Origin: a virus
Lineage: Duplodnaviria; Caudoviricetes
Direction: 5' to 3' (one strand)
DNA: 64,000 bases
Virus record (IMG/VR): IMGVR_UViG_3300037067_004891
Span: 224,001-288,000 of that record
Shown here: one piece after another, positions 49,897 to 59,377 of the stretch
Layout: each line of letters opens with the position of its first letter
Numbering within the stretch: position 1 is the first letter of the stretch
Notes under the pieces: generated by a model
Database searches by the model: none
What the model was told of the DNA's origin: nothing
The model's input: only the letters and a program-made list of their open reading frames with translations
Position numbers and translations under genes: made by a program

Positions 49897-51270
49897 ACTA
49901 CCACTAAGCTAAAGACTTAGTAGTTTCCTGCGCTGACCTCGTAACCTCAGTCATATCTCGCAAGGCGTGAATTTCGGTCGTCCCAACCGTATTTTTAATT
50001 TTTGCAAAAGCAAATTTCTTTATATTATTTGCTGCATTGATATCTCTATCATGTTTAGTGTTACATTTAATACAAGTCCATTCTCTATCTTTTAGAGTTA
50101 ATTTATTATTGATATGACCACAAGAACACATCTTAGAACTTGGTTCAAATGTTCCAATTCTCAATATATTACATCCGTACCACTCAGCTTTATAAGTTAG
50201 CATTCTAACAAATTCTGACCAACTTACATCAGATATTGATTGAGCTAAATTATGATTCTTTATCATATTAGACACACTAAGAGTTTCTAAACATATAGTC
50301 TCATTATTATTTATTAAATTAGTTGACAATTTATGTAAGAAATCAACCCTTTTGTTTGAAATTTTTTCATGAGTCGATGATATCACTTTAATAGATTTCT
50401 TTATATTGATACTACCTTTTAATTTTTTAGAATGTTTCTTCTGTCTAATCTTCAACCTTCTCAATGACTCTTTTAAATACTTAGGATTGTCAATTACCAA
50501 ACAATCTGAAGTAACTAAAAATGATTTAATACCTAAATCAATACCAATAGCTTGTTTTTCACTTATCGGTGGCTTTACAGGTATTATATCATTATTTTGC
50601 ACTAAAATAGAAATATAATATTTATTATTTATTTTTGATATAGTAGAATTCTTTGTTATTCCTTCAAACCTCCTATCAATGATTATTTTAATCCCAGTTT
50701 TGAATTTTGGTAAATAAACCTTAGATTCTTCAAAATCAACAAATGTATTTGCTGGTATGCCAAAACTGTTTTTAGGATTTTTCTTTGATTTGAAATTAGG
50801 CTTTCCAATTGAATTTAATCTTTCTAAATTAATTTCTAAACCTTTAGACTTTCTACTGAAAATATATTGTTTTTTCTTCTTTTCAAGAACACCATTTTTA
50901 TTATCATGAAAAAACTTATTGAAAGCATTATCAAGATTCTCTAAACTATATTGTAATGATTGACTATTCACTTCTTTTAACCACTTTGTTTCTTCTTGCT
51001 TCTTTAATAAAGGTAAATCTTTTTGAATATCAAATCTGGATAGTGAGATGTTTTCTTCTTGGTATACTCTATTCTTTTTGTCAAGAGCATAATTATACAC
51101 CCACCTTACACAACCAAAATGTTTGTTAATCAAAATTTCTTGTTCTTGATTTGGATATATTCTATATTTATATGCTCTTAACACTTTTATTATAGTTATA
51201 TTTTTGGAAAAAGTTTACTATATTTTTATTTTTAATCAAAAATCATCTCACGAAACTAAAGACTTCGGAA
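49894..51270 (-). mobile_element. tnpB-only IS605-group element
   Basis: Right end ...actactaagtctttagcttagtggtagttca (49894); related left hairpin ctcacgaaactaaagacttcgg (~51247-51268). Confidence 0.8.
49904..51184 (-). CDS. tnpB: TnpB RNA-guided endonuclease
   Basis: HTH N-terminus, GIDLG, CLETL, CSC/CIKC, DRDINAA; intact. Confidence 0.95.
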   Translation of the reverse strand: MLRAYKYRIYPNQEQEILINKHFGCVRWVYNYALDKKNRVYQEENISLSRFDIQKDLPLLKKQEETKWLKEVNSQSLQYSLENLDNAFNKFFHDNKNGVLEKKKKQYIFSRKSKGLEINLERLNSIGKPNFKSKKNPKNSFGIPANTFVDFEESKVYLPKFKTGIKIIIDRRFEGITKNSTISKINNKYYISILVQNNDIIPVKPPISEKQAIGIDLGIKSFLVTSDCLVIDNPKYLKESLRRLKIRQKKHSKKLKGSINIKKSIKVISSTHEKISNKRVDFLHKLSTNLINNNETICLETLSVSNMIKNHNLAQSISDVSWSEFVRMLTYKAEWYGCNILRIGTFEPSSKMCSCGHINNKLTLKDREWTCIKCNTKHDRDINAANNIKKFAFAKIKNTVGTTEIHALRDMTEVTRSAQETTKSLA

Positions 51271-51282
51271 TTTTTGAAAATT

Positions 51283-51828
51283 TTATATATTATCAATTAT
51301 AAAATCTAAATTATTGTCAACACCTTTCAAATCTTTCCATAGATTAGAATTAATATATTCATCATAAAAAATATTCATATTAGAATAAGCTTCAGATTCC
51401 CAAGGTAAATTTTTATATTTTTCGATATCTTTACCTAATTTATAATATTCTTTAACATTCATTGTAAAATTATCTTTCCATATTATAAATTTATAATCAC
51501 CAGATGGTTTTAACTCACCTTTTGATACCTGTTTAATATGTGTTAATTCATGTATAAGGGATTTAATTATTTGAATATAACTTTGATTTGAGTTAAAAAA
51601 TAGTGTAAACTTATTGTTATTTACTGAATTATCATTTATTTGTATGTCACCAAGAAGATTTGTTGATTGTTTCTTTTTAACAATTATCTTAGCATCAAAA
51701 TTCAATTTTATTTTCATAAAAGATATCACAGAATTTATGAGTAATTTTTCATAAGTTTTAATTTTATTATCTTTAACAAGAATATTTTCGTTTATTCTAA
51801 ATTGATGGAAATTATTAATATGTTTCAT
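51283..51828 (-). CDS. CTS-tagged zinc metallopeptidase-like protein
   Basis: LIHELTHIKQ...PWESEA; leader MKHINNFHQFRINE. Confidence 0.75.
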   Translation of the reverse strand: MKHINNFHQFRINENILVKDNKIKTYEKLLINSVISFMKIKLNFDAKIIVKKKQSTNLLGDIQINDNSVNNNKFTLFFNSNQSYIQIIKSLIHELTHIKQVSKGELKPSGDYKFIIWKDNFTMNVKEYYKLGKDIEKYKNLPWESEAYSNMNIFYDEYINSNLWKDLKGVDNNLDFIIDNI

Positions 51829-51837
51829 TAATATATT

Positions 51838-52380
51838 TTACGTTTTACAAAATTCTTTTATCTTATCGATAACATAATCATCGATTGGTAAATTATCTAT
51901 ATTATAATATCTGGTTTCTGATATTGGAATATTATTGGCACTCCATATCACAAAGTCACCAGTTCTTTTATTATATTCAATTGCAATTTTAGAAAAGTCT
52001 AATGATTCTTCATCATCGTGTAAATCAGCCCATTTTTCTTGGGTTATTTCTTCATCTTCTTCATCATCAAAATCTTGATTTTCTATTTTTCTATTTAAAT
52101 AATAGTATTCCTCAGATTTTTCTTTATTCTCTGGAGACATATTATAATTTCGCTGTATGATATAAATTAACTTGTTTTGATTTTCTCCGTTCACATAATT
52201 ATCTGACCACGCACCTGAATGTGGTGCAGATGTACACCAATTCGTATATGCACCATATTTACAACTGGCTTCTTCAGATAGTGGAGCAACAACTATATAT
52301 TTATCATTTCTTAAAATTTCAATTCTTTCTTCACGAACAACTCTTTTTTCAAATAAAAAATCTTTGAATTTAGTTTTCAT
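51838..52380 (-). CDS. CTS-tagged protein with SC.YG...WCT domain (PcfJ-like)
   Basis: PLSEEASCKYGAYTNWCTSA; leader MKTKFKDFLFE. Confidence 0.65.
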   Translation of the reverse strand: MKTKFKDFLFEKRVVREERIEILRNDKYIVVAPLSEEASCKYGAYTNWCTSAPHSGAWSDNYVNGENQNKLIYIIQRNYNMSPENKEKSEEYYYLNRKIENQDFDDEEDEEITQEKWADLHDDEESLDFSKIAIEYNKRTGDFVIWSANNIPISETRYYNIDNLPIDDYVIDKIKEFCKT

Positions 52381-52900
52381 ATAAATTAATAGTTTTTAAT
52401 ATTCGCAATTTGTTAGGGTCAAAAATAAATAAGTTATCCACACCCGTTTCCCTTACATATGCACCATCATAATCATTTTTCTTCAACCATTCATAAAACC
52501 AAACTTGTTCCAGTTCACTATAATCACCCGAACAAATTCCACCATAATACCTATCTACATCTTCAAATTTTTTCTCAATATCAAAATATAATTTTTCACC
52601 AAGTATATAATCTTTATTATCTTCTTTTTTAATACCTTTTTCTAAAAATCTAAATAAATCATAACCATTCGGTAATATTTTATAATCAAATATTTTATTT
52701 GTCAACACTTCTATTTCATATATATGTGGTGTTTTAAATCCAGCGTGTGTCTCTGCAAAATCTTTATCAGATGTTAAAAACACAGGAGCGATATAATTAT
52801 AATCTAAAAGAGTTCCTTTTTTTAATTTAAAATCGGAAAAAGATTCTTTAGACCCATGATACCACTTCTTATTAAACTGTTCAAATAATTTAAGACGCAT
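52370..52900 (-). CDS. CTS-tagged ART-PolyVal-like protein
   Basis: Start MRLKLFEQF at 52900; WYHGS...F...VFLT....A...YDG...FDP. Confidence 0.7.
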   Translation of the reverse strand: MRLKLFEQFNKKWYHGSKESFSDFKLKKGTLLDYNYIAPVFLTSDKDFAETHAGFKTPHIYEIEVLTNKIFDYKILPNGYDLFRFLEKGIKKEDNKDYILGEKLYFDIEKKFEDVDRYYGGICSGDYSELEQVWFYEWLKKNDYDGAYVRETGVDNLFIFDPNKLRILKTINLYEN

Positions 52901-53384
52901 TTTGATTATTTTTGAATTTATCAACAAAAAATCTTCTTCTTAATATTGAAGCTTTATTTGGGTTTGTTTTATAAAAGTCTTTAGCTTCTATTTCTAAATT
53001 TTTAATTTCTTCTTCACCCATATTAGCTGTCCATTGTTTAAATTCTGGAGAGTGTGTCACAGTTTCAATTTCTTCGATTTCTTTCAAATATCTATCGATA
53101 CCGATGTTATCTAATGATATTATATAGTTTATACCATCTATCGCTTTTGCACCCCATATATTATTTGCTAAATAAAGGCTAACATCTTCCAAACTATTTC
53201 TTGAAGCCATACCTCTTGTACTACCATTTGTTGTATCTTTTATATCAAAATATTCACCATGCATATTTTTCTTTTTATACACTTCAATAGCATATTTTCC
53301 ACCCTTGGTAGCAGCACGGAACATCAATTCACCATTTTCAGATTCATTATTATTTTCATTTATAAATTGAGAGAATGTTTTCAT
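52890..53384 (-). CDS. CTS-tagged hypothetical protein
   Basis: Start MKTFSQFINE at 53384. Confidence 0.7.
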   Translation of the reverse strand: MKTFSQFINENNNESENGELMFRAATKGGKYAIEVYKKKNMHGEYFDIKDTTNGSTRGMASRNSLEDVSLYLANNIWGAKAIDGINYIISLDNIGIDRYLKEIEEIETVTHSPEFKQWTANMGEEEIKNLEIEAKDFYKTNPNKASILRRRFFVDKFKNNQNAS

Positions 53385-53400
53385 ATTTACTTTGTTTTTA

Positions 53401-53426
53401 TTTTTAATATATATATATATTAAAAA
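53401..53426. promoter_or_regulatory. Palindromic bidirectional copy of the TAATATATA promoter-like motif
   Basis: tttttaatatatatatatattaaaaa between divergent starts at 53384 (-) and 53440 (+). Confidence 0.55.
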
Positions 53427-53439
53427 AAACAAAATTTTT

Positions 53440-53697
53440 ATGATTGAAGAACAAAACCATATCAAAGAACTATATGAATTGAATCACAGACATGATTTTA
53501 ATTCAGATAAGAGATTTGATTATGAAAACAATTTATATAAGAAATCTTTATCTCATTATATATTCGGTAATGACATCACAAATGATTTTCTAACTAAACT
53601 GGAAAAAATGTCTGTTTGGATGTTTGAATCCACGTTAGTTATAAGAAATTTTTGGAACTATACTGTGCCAAGATATTACAATAACCATAGGAACTAA
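53440..53697 (+). CDS. Small hypothetical (possibly structural) protein
   Basis: ATG at 53440 (MIEEQNHIK...). Confidence 0.6.
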   Translation: MIEEQNHIKELYELNHRHDFNSDKRFDYENNLYKKSLSHYIFGNDITNDFLTKLEKMSVWMFESTLVIRNFWNYTVPRYYNNHRN

Positions 53698-55269
53698 ATG
53701 ATTATAAATGAAATAATTAATATAAAAATCCAATATAATAATATTCAACATTTTATTAATAAAGGTTATATTTGCAAGTTAGGTGATATATTATCAGTAA
53801 ACACAACAGATTTAACAGTAGGTTCACACGAGAAGATTCATGCGTGTTGCGATGATTGTTTAAAAAATAAGGTTGTGTTTAATCATTCATATCATAAAAT
53901 TTTTAAAAAATATAATAAATATTTATGTAAAAATTGTGTACAAAAAGAAAAAGAAAAAACAAATATTAAAAAATATGGAGTGAAAAATGTGATGAGTTCA
54001 AAAGAAATTCAAGATAAAAGAAAAGAATATTTTTTAGAAAAATACGATGTCACACATCCATGTAAAAATGAAAATATTAAAAATAAAATAAAACAAACTA
54101 ATATTAATAAATATGGTGTCGAATATTTAACTCAAAATGAAACAATATTAAACAAAATACAAAAAACTAATATTGATAAATATGGTAATATATGTTCGTT
54201 ACAAAATGAAAAAGTTATGAATAAAACCTTTAATACTATGCTTGATAAATATGGTAATAAATATTCTATGCAAAACGATATTATCAAAAATAAAATTTTA
54301 AGTAGTTCATTATCAACAAATGTAAATAAAACATTAAATAAATATAAAGATATAATAAAAATTGTTTATACAAATGGTGTTTTTGAAGCTAATTGTGATA
54401 CGGGTAAAAACCATACATACATCATTTCAACACATAATTATTATCAGAGAATATTATATAAAACTATAAAATGCACAATTTGTAATCCGATTGATAATTT
54501 AAGTTCTGGTTTAGAATTAGATTTTATAATGTTTATTGAATCATTAAATATAAATTTTATACACAAAGATAGAACTTCTATTAAACCACAAGAACTTGAT
54601 GTTTATATACCGAGTCATAAATTAGCATTTGAATTCAATGGTTTATATTGGCATAGTGATATATATAAAGATAATAATTATCATTTAAATAAAACAGAAA
54701 AATGTCTATCTAAGAATATCAGATTAATTCATATATACGAAGATGATTGGTTATATAAAAAAGATATTATAAAATCAAAAATTTTAAATATTTTCGATAT
54801 GAATGATAAAATAAACATTATTGACTGTACTATTAAAGAAATACATGATATAAAAATAATTAAAGAATTCATTAATAACAATGACTTAAAAAAATATAAA
54901 AAATCTAATATTAATTATTCGTTATTATATAAAAACAATATTATATTGATAATGTCTTTAAATATTGAAGATAATTTATGCACAATAAACAATATTACAA
55001 GCAGTTATTATTTAAATACGGATGACTGTGTTTATTTTCTTTTGAACAATATAATAAATAAATATAATATATCTAATTTTGTTTATATGTGTGATAGAGA
55101 TTGGTGTTATTCTGATTTAATATCTTCAATTGATTTCAAAGTGAATCAAATATGGAAACCCACATTTTCGTATATAAAAGATAGATATGAATATAAAAAT
55201 AACAATAAAGATTATAAAAAACTAAAAATATTCAACTCTGGACATATAGAATACATTTTAAATTTATAA
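53698..55269 (+). CDS. Endonuclease with KYG repeats and a Vsr/DUF559-like domain
   Basis: TNI.KYG repeats; CTIC; ELDVYIPSHKLAFEFNGLYWHS...IHIYEDDW. Confidence 0.8.
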   Translation: MIINEIINIKIQYNNIQHFINKGYICKLGDILSVNTTDLTVGSHEKIHACCDDCLKNKVVFNHSYHKIFKKYNKYLCKNCVQKEKEKTNIKKYGVKNVMSSKEIQDKRKEYFLEKYDVTHPCKNENIKNKIKQTNINKYGVEYLTQNETILNKIQKTNIDKYGNICSLQNEKVMNKTFNTMLDKYGNKYSMQNDIIKNKILSSSLSTNVNKTLNKYKDIIKIVYTNGVFEANCDTGKNHTYIISTHNYYQRILYKTIKCTICNPIDNLSSGLELDFIMFIESLNINFIHKDRTSIKPQELDVYIPSHKLAFEFNGLYWHSDIYKDNNYHLNKTEKCLSKNIRLIHIYEDDWLYKKDIIKSKILNIFDMNDKINIIDCTIKEIHDIKIIKEFINNNDLKKYKKSNINYSLLYKNNIILIMSLNIEDNLCTINNITSSYYLNTDDCVYFLLNNIINKYNISNFVYMCDRDWCYSDLISSIDFKVNQIWKPTFSYIKDRYEYKNNNKDYKKLKIFNSGHIEYILNL

Positions 55270-55339
55270 AATAAATGAAAATCACCAAAACACACCCAGA
55301 TGTTTTAAATATATACTATAAAATATATAATATTTATAT

Positions 55340-55717
55340 ATGTCAAATGATAAGAACGTAAATTTTTTTGGTAAAGTCGCAAAATTTCCAAAAAACACAA
55401 AAGCTTCCCACGCATACAACTTTTTAGAAAATGTTAAAATTTCTAAAAAAAGTATTTGGTATATCATGGTTGAAAATCAAGACAATGAATTGAAAATGAT
55501 TAAGTATAACAATAAAGAGGGTTTTGATTTAACAAAGTTCTTATCTGAATTAAAAAATTATTATGCACACCACACCATATTAAAAGAACACTTAGCAAAT
55601 TTGATAATAGATGGTAATGATAAATTTTCAATAATTAAAAATATACCAGATGTTGAAATAGAAGGTAAGAAATTAATATCTATTTTAATGACAGATTTAA
55701 TTAAACTTTTAAAATAA
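55340..55717 (+). CDS. Hypothetical protein, paralog of 6619..7227
   Basis: WYIMVENQDNELKMIKYNNKEGFDL...DLIKLLK. Confidence 0.7.
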   Translation: MSNDKNVNFFGKVAKFPKNTKASHAYNFLENVKISKKSIWYIMVENQDNELKMIKYNNKEGFDLTKFLSELKNYYAHHTILKEHLANLIIDGNDKFSIIKNIPDVEIEGKKLISILMTDLIKLLK

Positions 55718-55718
55718 T

Positions 55719-56291
55719 TTAAAGTCCAATTGTCCAAATATTCGTAGAACCAATATAGGGAACTCTCGAAGTATATGGTTCAGTAACACTTATTATATTT
55801 ATATTACCAGAAATATAACTCGCATTATCATAAATGTTTATTCTAACATTTAATGAATCAGAATTATATACATTAATCGTATTATTAATTTCAATACTAC
55901 CAGTAGTTGTTAATTCTAAAAATTTAATCCAATCATTATTATCTATACTATACCACAAATTTCCTAATGGTGTTGTACCTAAACAATATAAATAGCCATA
56001 TACTACAATATTCCACAATGCTGCATTTTTTGTATACATATTAATTGATCGGTATGCATCAATTTGAGATGCATTATCAATAATATATGAAACAGAACCA
56101 TAATTTACATATGGTTGTGTAAAATTATAAAAATTACTCATACTAATGGGTAAACTCGTAGTGAACGCATGTGATGATAAACCAGATAATTGTTTTGGTG
56201 CTGTTGAATTTCTATCAACTTCTTGTGATATATTTCTTCCACTCCCTGCTGTTGTTAAAATACTTAGATTACCACTACTTGCTAATGACAT
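55719..56291 (-). CDS. Putative tail-fibre-associated structural protein
   Basis: MSLASSGNLS...PISMSNFY resembles phage fibre-tip/adhesin N-termini. Confidence 0.5.
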   Translation of the reverse strand: MSLASSGNLSILTTAGSGRNISQEVDRNSTAPKQLSGLSSHAFTTSLPISMSNFYNFTQPYVNYGSVSYIIDNASQIDAYRSINMYTKNAALWNIVVYGYLYCLGTTPLGNLWYSIDNNDWIKFLELTTTGSIEINNTINVYNSDSLNVRINIYDNASYISGNINIISVTEPYTSRVPYIGSTNIWTIGL

Positions 56292-56300
56292 TTTATATTA

Positions 56301-57086
56301 TTATTTTATAGTATATATTTTTGTTAGATTTGGTTTATTTTCAAAAAAATTTTCAAATATTTTTTGCCAAGTTTTACTAAATTTTTCTTGATATAATATT
56401 GGTTTGTTTTCCTTGTTTTTTTCGGGTCTATTATATTTATAATATCCACAATGCTTACAAAAAATTTTATATAAATCAATCATATTATCATCATCTAATG
56501 GTAATACTTTTCTACCTTTATCTAAACCAAGAAATCTATCAATATTACCAGCAACTGGACATGGATAATATCCGTATAAATTTAATCCAATACCACAATT
56601 TTGACTTATTACACAACCTGATGTGAAATTATCTTTTTCAAAATATTCAATATCTATTGGTGAAATATAAATATTAACAAATTTATTAATTTCAAATTCA
56701 GTTTTTTTACTTATATTTATTTGTGAATTATTTTTTATAACATCATTTTTTAATATCATTTTAGAAAACTCACTATGATTATTAGATGATACCTCTATTT
56801 TAAGATTTTTATTATATTCTTTTTTATAAGATAATATTATATTAAAAATTTTTAAAAAATTATCATGTAATGTTGGTTCACCACCTAATATTCTAATTCT
56901 TCTCCATTTTTTATTTTTCTCTATACTTTCATCAATAAATTTTTTTATTTGCTCAATCGACATTTCTTCGTTTGATTTAAAAGTATCACAGCTTCTATTA
57001 CAATTTTTACAAGTTAAATTACATTTATATGTAATATCCAATTCTATACAATCTAATGAACGATAATAAATTACATCTGGATTCAT
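56301..57086 (-). CDS. Radical SAM protein
   Basis: CNLTCKNC, ILGGEPTLH, C-terminal Cys residues (YYPC...CKHC). Confidence 0.9.
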   Translation of the reverse strand: MNPDVIYYRSLDCIELDITYKCNLTCKNCNRSCDTFKSNEEMSIEQIKKFIDESIEKNKKWRRIRILGGEPTLHDNFLKIFNIILSYKKEYNKNLKIEVSSNNHSEFSKMILKNDVIKNNSQINISKKTEFEINKFVNIYISPIDIEYFEKDNFTSGCVISQNCGIGLNLYGYYPCPVAGNIDRFLGLDKGRKVLPLDDDNMIDLYKIFCKHCGYYKYNRPEKNKENKPILYQEKFSKTWQKIFENFFENKPNLTKIYTIK

Positions 57087-57093
57087 CTGAATA

Positions 57094-57810
57094 TTATGGA
57101 TTCATTTTTAATAATTCATTATATAAATCCCTATTAAAAAAACCCATATCAACATATTGTTTCGTATTATTACTATAAACATATTTCTGATGAAATAACA
57201 TAGGACACGCCAAGAAAGTTTTTATATTCGATTGTTGTTGATAATAATTAACAGTCCATTTATCAATATCATCCATAATTATATTTTTATATATTTCAAT
57301 ATGTTCAAATTTATTTATAAAATCATCAAAAGTAGTACTCTTATAAGCAACAGCATGTCTTAAAGTAACTCTACCACCATTTAATTTAACTAAATTATTA
57401 CTATATTTTAAATAATGTTTTTTTTGCATATATTCTGTCATTGTTGTAACTTCTTCTTCATTTACAAACCATTCGACTCTATGAGGAATACCGCCAAGAT
57501 AAAATAAATCCCAATCATTTTCTATATCAGATATACAATTTTGAAGTTTAGTGATGACATCACCATCAGTGATAATATCATCTTCGAATATAATTATTTT
57601 ATTATAATTATTAGCTTTAGCATCTTTGAAAATATTAACACTTGATTTATTACAACCAATTATACTATGTTCATTTTCAATACCAACAACAAACTCTACT
57701 AAATCGGTTATACCTAATTCTTCAAACAGTAATATCATATCTTCTTTTCTTTGTGTATCTTTTAAAAGATTAATACAATATATTTTATCAAAATATGTAA
57801 AAGGATTCAT
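57094..57810 (-). CDS. Glycosyltransferase family 25
   Basis: YCINL...R, GC..S, IIFEDD, WDLFYLG, HAVAY. Confidence 0.85.
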   Translation of the reverse strand: MNPFTYFDKIYCINLLKDTQRKEDMILLFEELGITDLVEFVVGIENEHSIIGCNKSSVNIFKDAKANNYNKIIIFEDDIITDGDVITKLQNCISDIENDWDLFYLGGIPHRVEWFVNEEEVTTMTEYMQKKHYLKYSNNLVKLNGGRVTLRHAVAYKSTTFDDFINKFEHIEIYKNIIMDDIDKWTVNYYQQQSNIKTFLACPMLFHQKYVYSNNTKQYVDMGFFNRDLYNELLKMNP

Positions 57811-57827
57811 AATTATACTTATATTTT

Positions 57828-59303
57828 TTAACCACCTGTAATAATATATCTATTTATAATAGAACCACTGTATATATATCCAACTGTGAATGCCATACTT
57901 TTTAAATCATTACTAAAAGAAGGTATTGTATACGTCTTTAATACATTATTCAAATCATCTCTAAAGTTTATTTGTAATGAAACAGATGAAAAAGCAGTTC
58001 TAATATTAAACAACACAATTGATGTTAATGACATATTTGCTATTGCGTATGAATCTAATTCAACATTATAGATTGTACTTACATGAGAGTCATTCACAGT
58101 TATATTAAATATATGAAAATAATACGAATTATCTATAATTTGTGTTATAGTTTCATCTGCACTTGTAATTAAAGTATAATACATTTGGTTTCGAATTGTA
58201 TATCTATTATTAGTAATTGTCATTGGTGCATTAATTGTCATTGGTGCATTAATTGTAACTGGTGCATTAAAAACGGTAGTACCAGTATTAAATGTTTTTG
58301 CACCAGTTATTGTTTGTATGGTATCTGTTGAAACATAATTTGTTGGTGTTTCCAATGTAACCCAACCATTCTTATATCCTTGAAAATTAGCACCATTAAA
58401 TCTTATTGCACCATTTGTTGTTGGTGCAGCAGATAAATTTGTTAATACTAAAGATGGTACATATACTGCATTACTATAAACTGCCGTATAATTATTTACA
58501 CCTAATAATATAATATTTGTTAAACTTGAATTTATAGAAGATGCCGAACCTCCAATTATAGCTGAATATGTACAAGAAGTATTTATATAGTTATTAAAAC
58601 CACCAATTATAGCAACAGATGTGTTTGATATTCCCATTCCATTAGAATCACCACCAATAATAACTGAATTTATTACGTTGTTTTCTATATTATTATTATT
58701 TCCACCAAAAATTCCGTTTTTACTTGTCCCTGTTATATTGTTCAATGTACCACCGATTATAACAGATGATGTGCTACTACCTATTGTATTATCAATACCA
58801 CCAATAATAGCACTATAATAACCGATAATATCTGATGTTTTAGTAACTGTTGAAGATAAATTAACTGTACCAGCACCAGTAGCATTAACATAATAAGCAG
58901 AAGAACCAACACCACCACTAAAACTCGATTGTCCAACAGCAACAGTATATTGACCTTGTGAATGAGCATATAATCCACTTGCTATTGTTTTTATACCCTC
59001 TGAATGTGAATAATTACCACTTGCGAGAGATTGAAATCCTTGTGCATGAGAATAATTACCAGATGGTGTTACATTTTCTCCATTTGCAAAATAAAATGAC
59101 CCATATGTACCACCACTAACAGACCCTACTACTTGTGAGTTGCCTGATATGTCACCACCAACATCAATAGATATTTTTTTTTCTTCTCCAATTGAATTAA
59201 CAAATTTAATATCACCAGTTTCACTGTCTATACCAAATAATATATAACCAGCTTCTGGATTTACTAACTGACTGAATTTGGTTTCTTTTAATAATATAGA
59301 CAT
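57828..59303 (-). CDS. Tail fibre with YadA-head-like repeats
   Basis: ASGNYSHAQG/SEG repeats, S.IIGG..N repeats, QTITGAKTF. Confidence 0.75.
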   Translation of the reverse strand: MSILLKETKFSQLVNPEAGYILFGIDSETGDIKFVNSIGEEKKISIDVGGDISGNSQVVGSVSGGTYGSFYFANGENVTPSGNYSHAQGFQSLASGNYSHSEGIKTIASGLYAHSQGQYTVAVGQSSFSGGVGSSAYYVNATGAGTVNLSSTVTKTSDIIGYYSAIIGGIDNTIGSSTSSVIIGGTLNNITGTSKNGIFGGNNNNIENNVINSVIIGGDSNGMGISNTSVAIIGGFNNYINTSCTYSAIIGGSASSINSSLTNIILLGVNNYTAVYSNAVYVPSLVLTNLSAAPTTNGAIRFNGANFQGYKNGWVTLETPTNYVSTDTIQTITGAKTFNTGTTVFNAPVTINAPMTINAPMTITNNRYTIRNQMYYTLITSADETITQIIDNSYYFHIFNITVNDSHVSTIYNVELDSYAIANMSLTSIVLFNIRTAFSSVSLQINFRDDLNNVLKTYTIPSFSNDLKSMAFTVGYIYSGSIINRYIITGG

Positions 59304-59377
59304 TTTATAATAATTGATTTTGTTGTATATATTAAATAAATTATTTATTTTTGTAAATTAAACAAATTAATATTTTT

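Noticed and set aside
52890-53465. Track start codons at 53465, 53392, 52927 and 5741
   Set aside because: They extend through promoter or overlap regions. Downstream ATGs (53384, 53440, 52900, 5720) fit the spacing and, for three of them, the shared leader.
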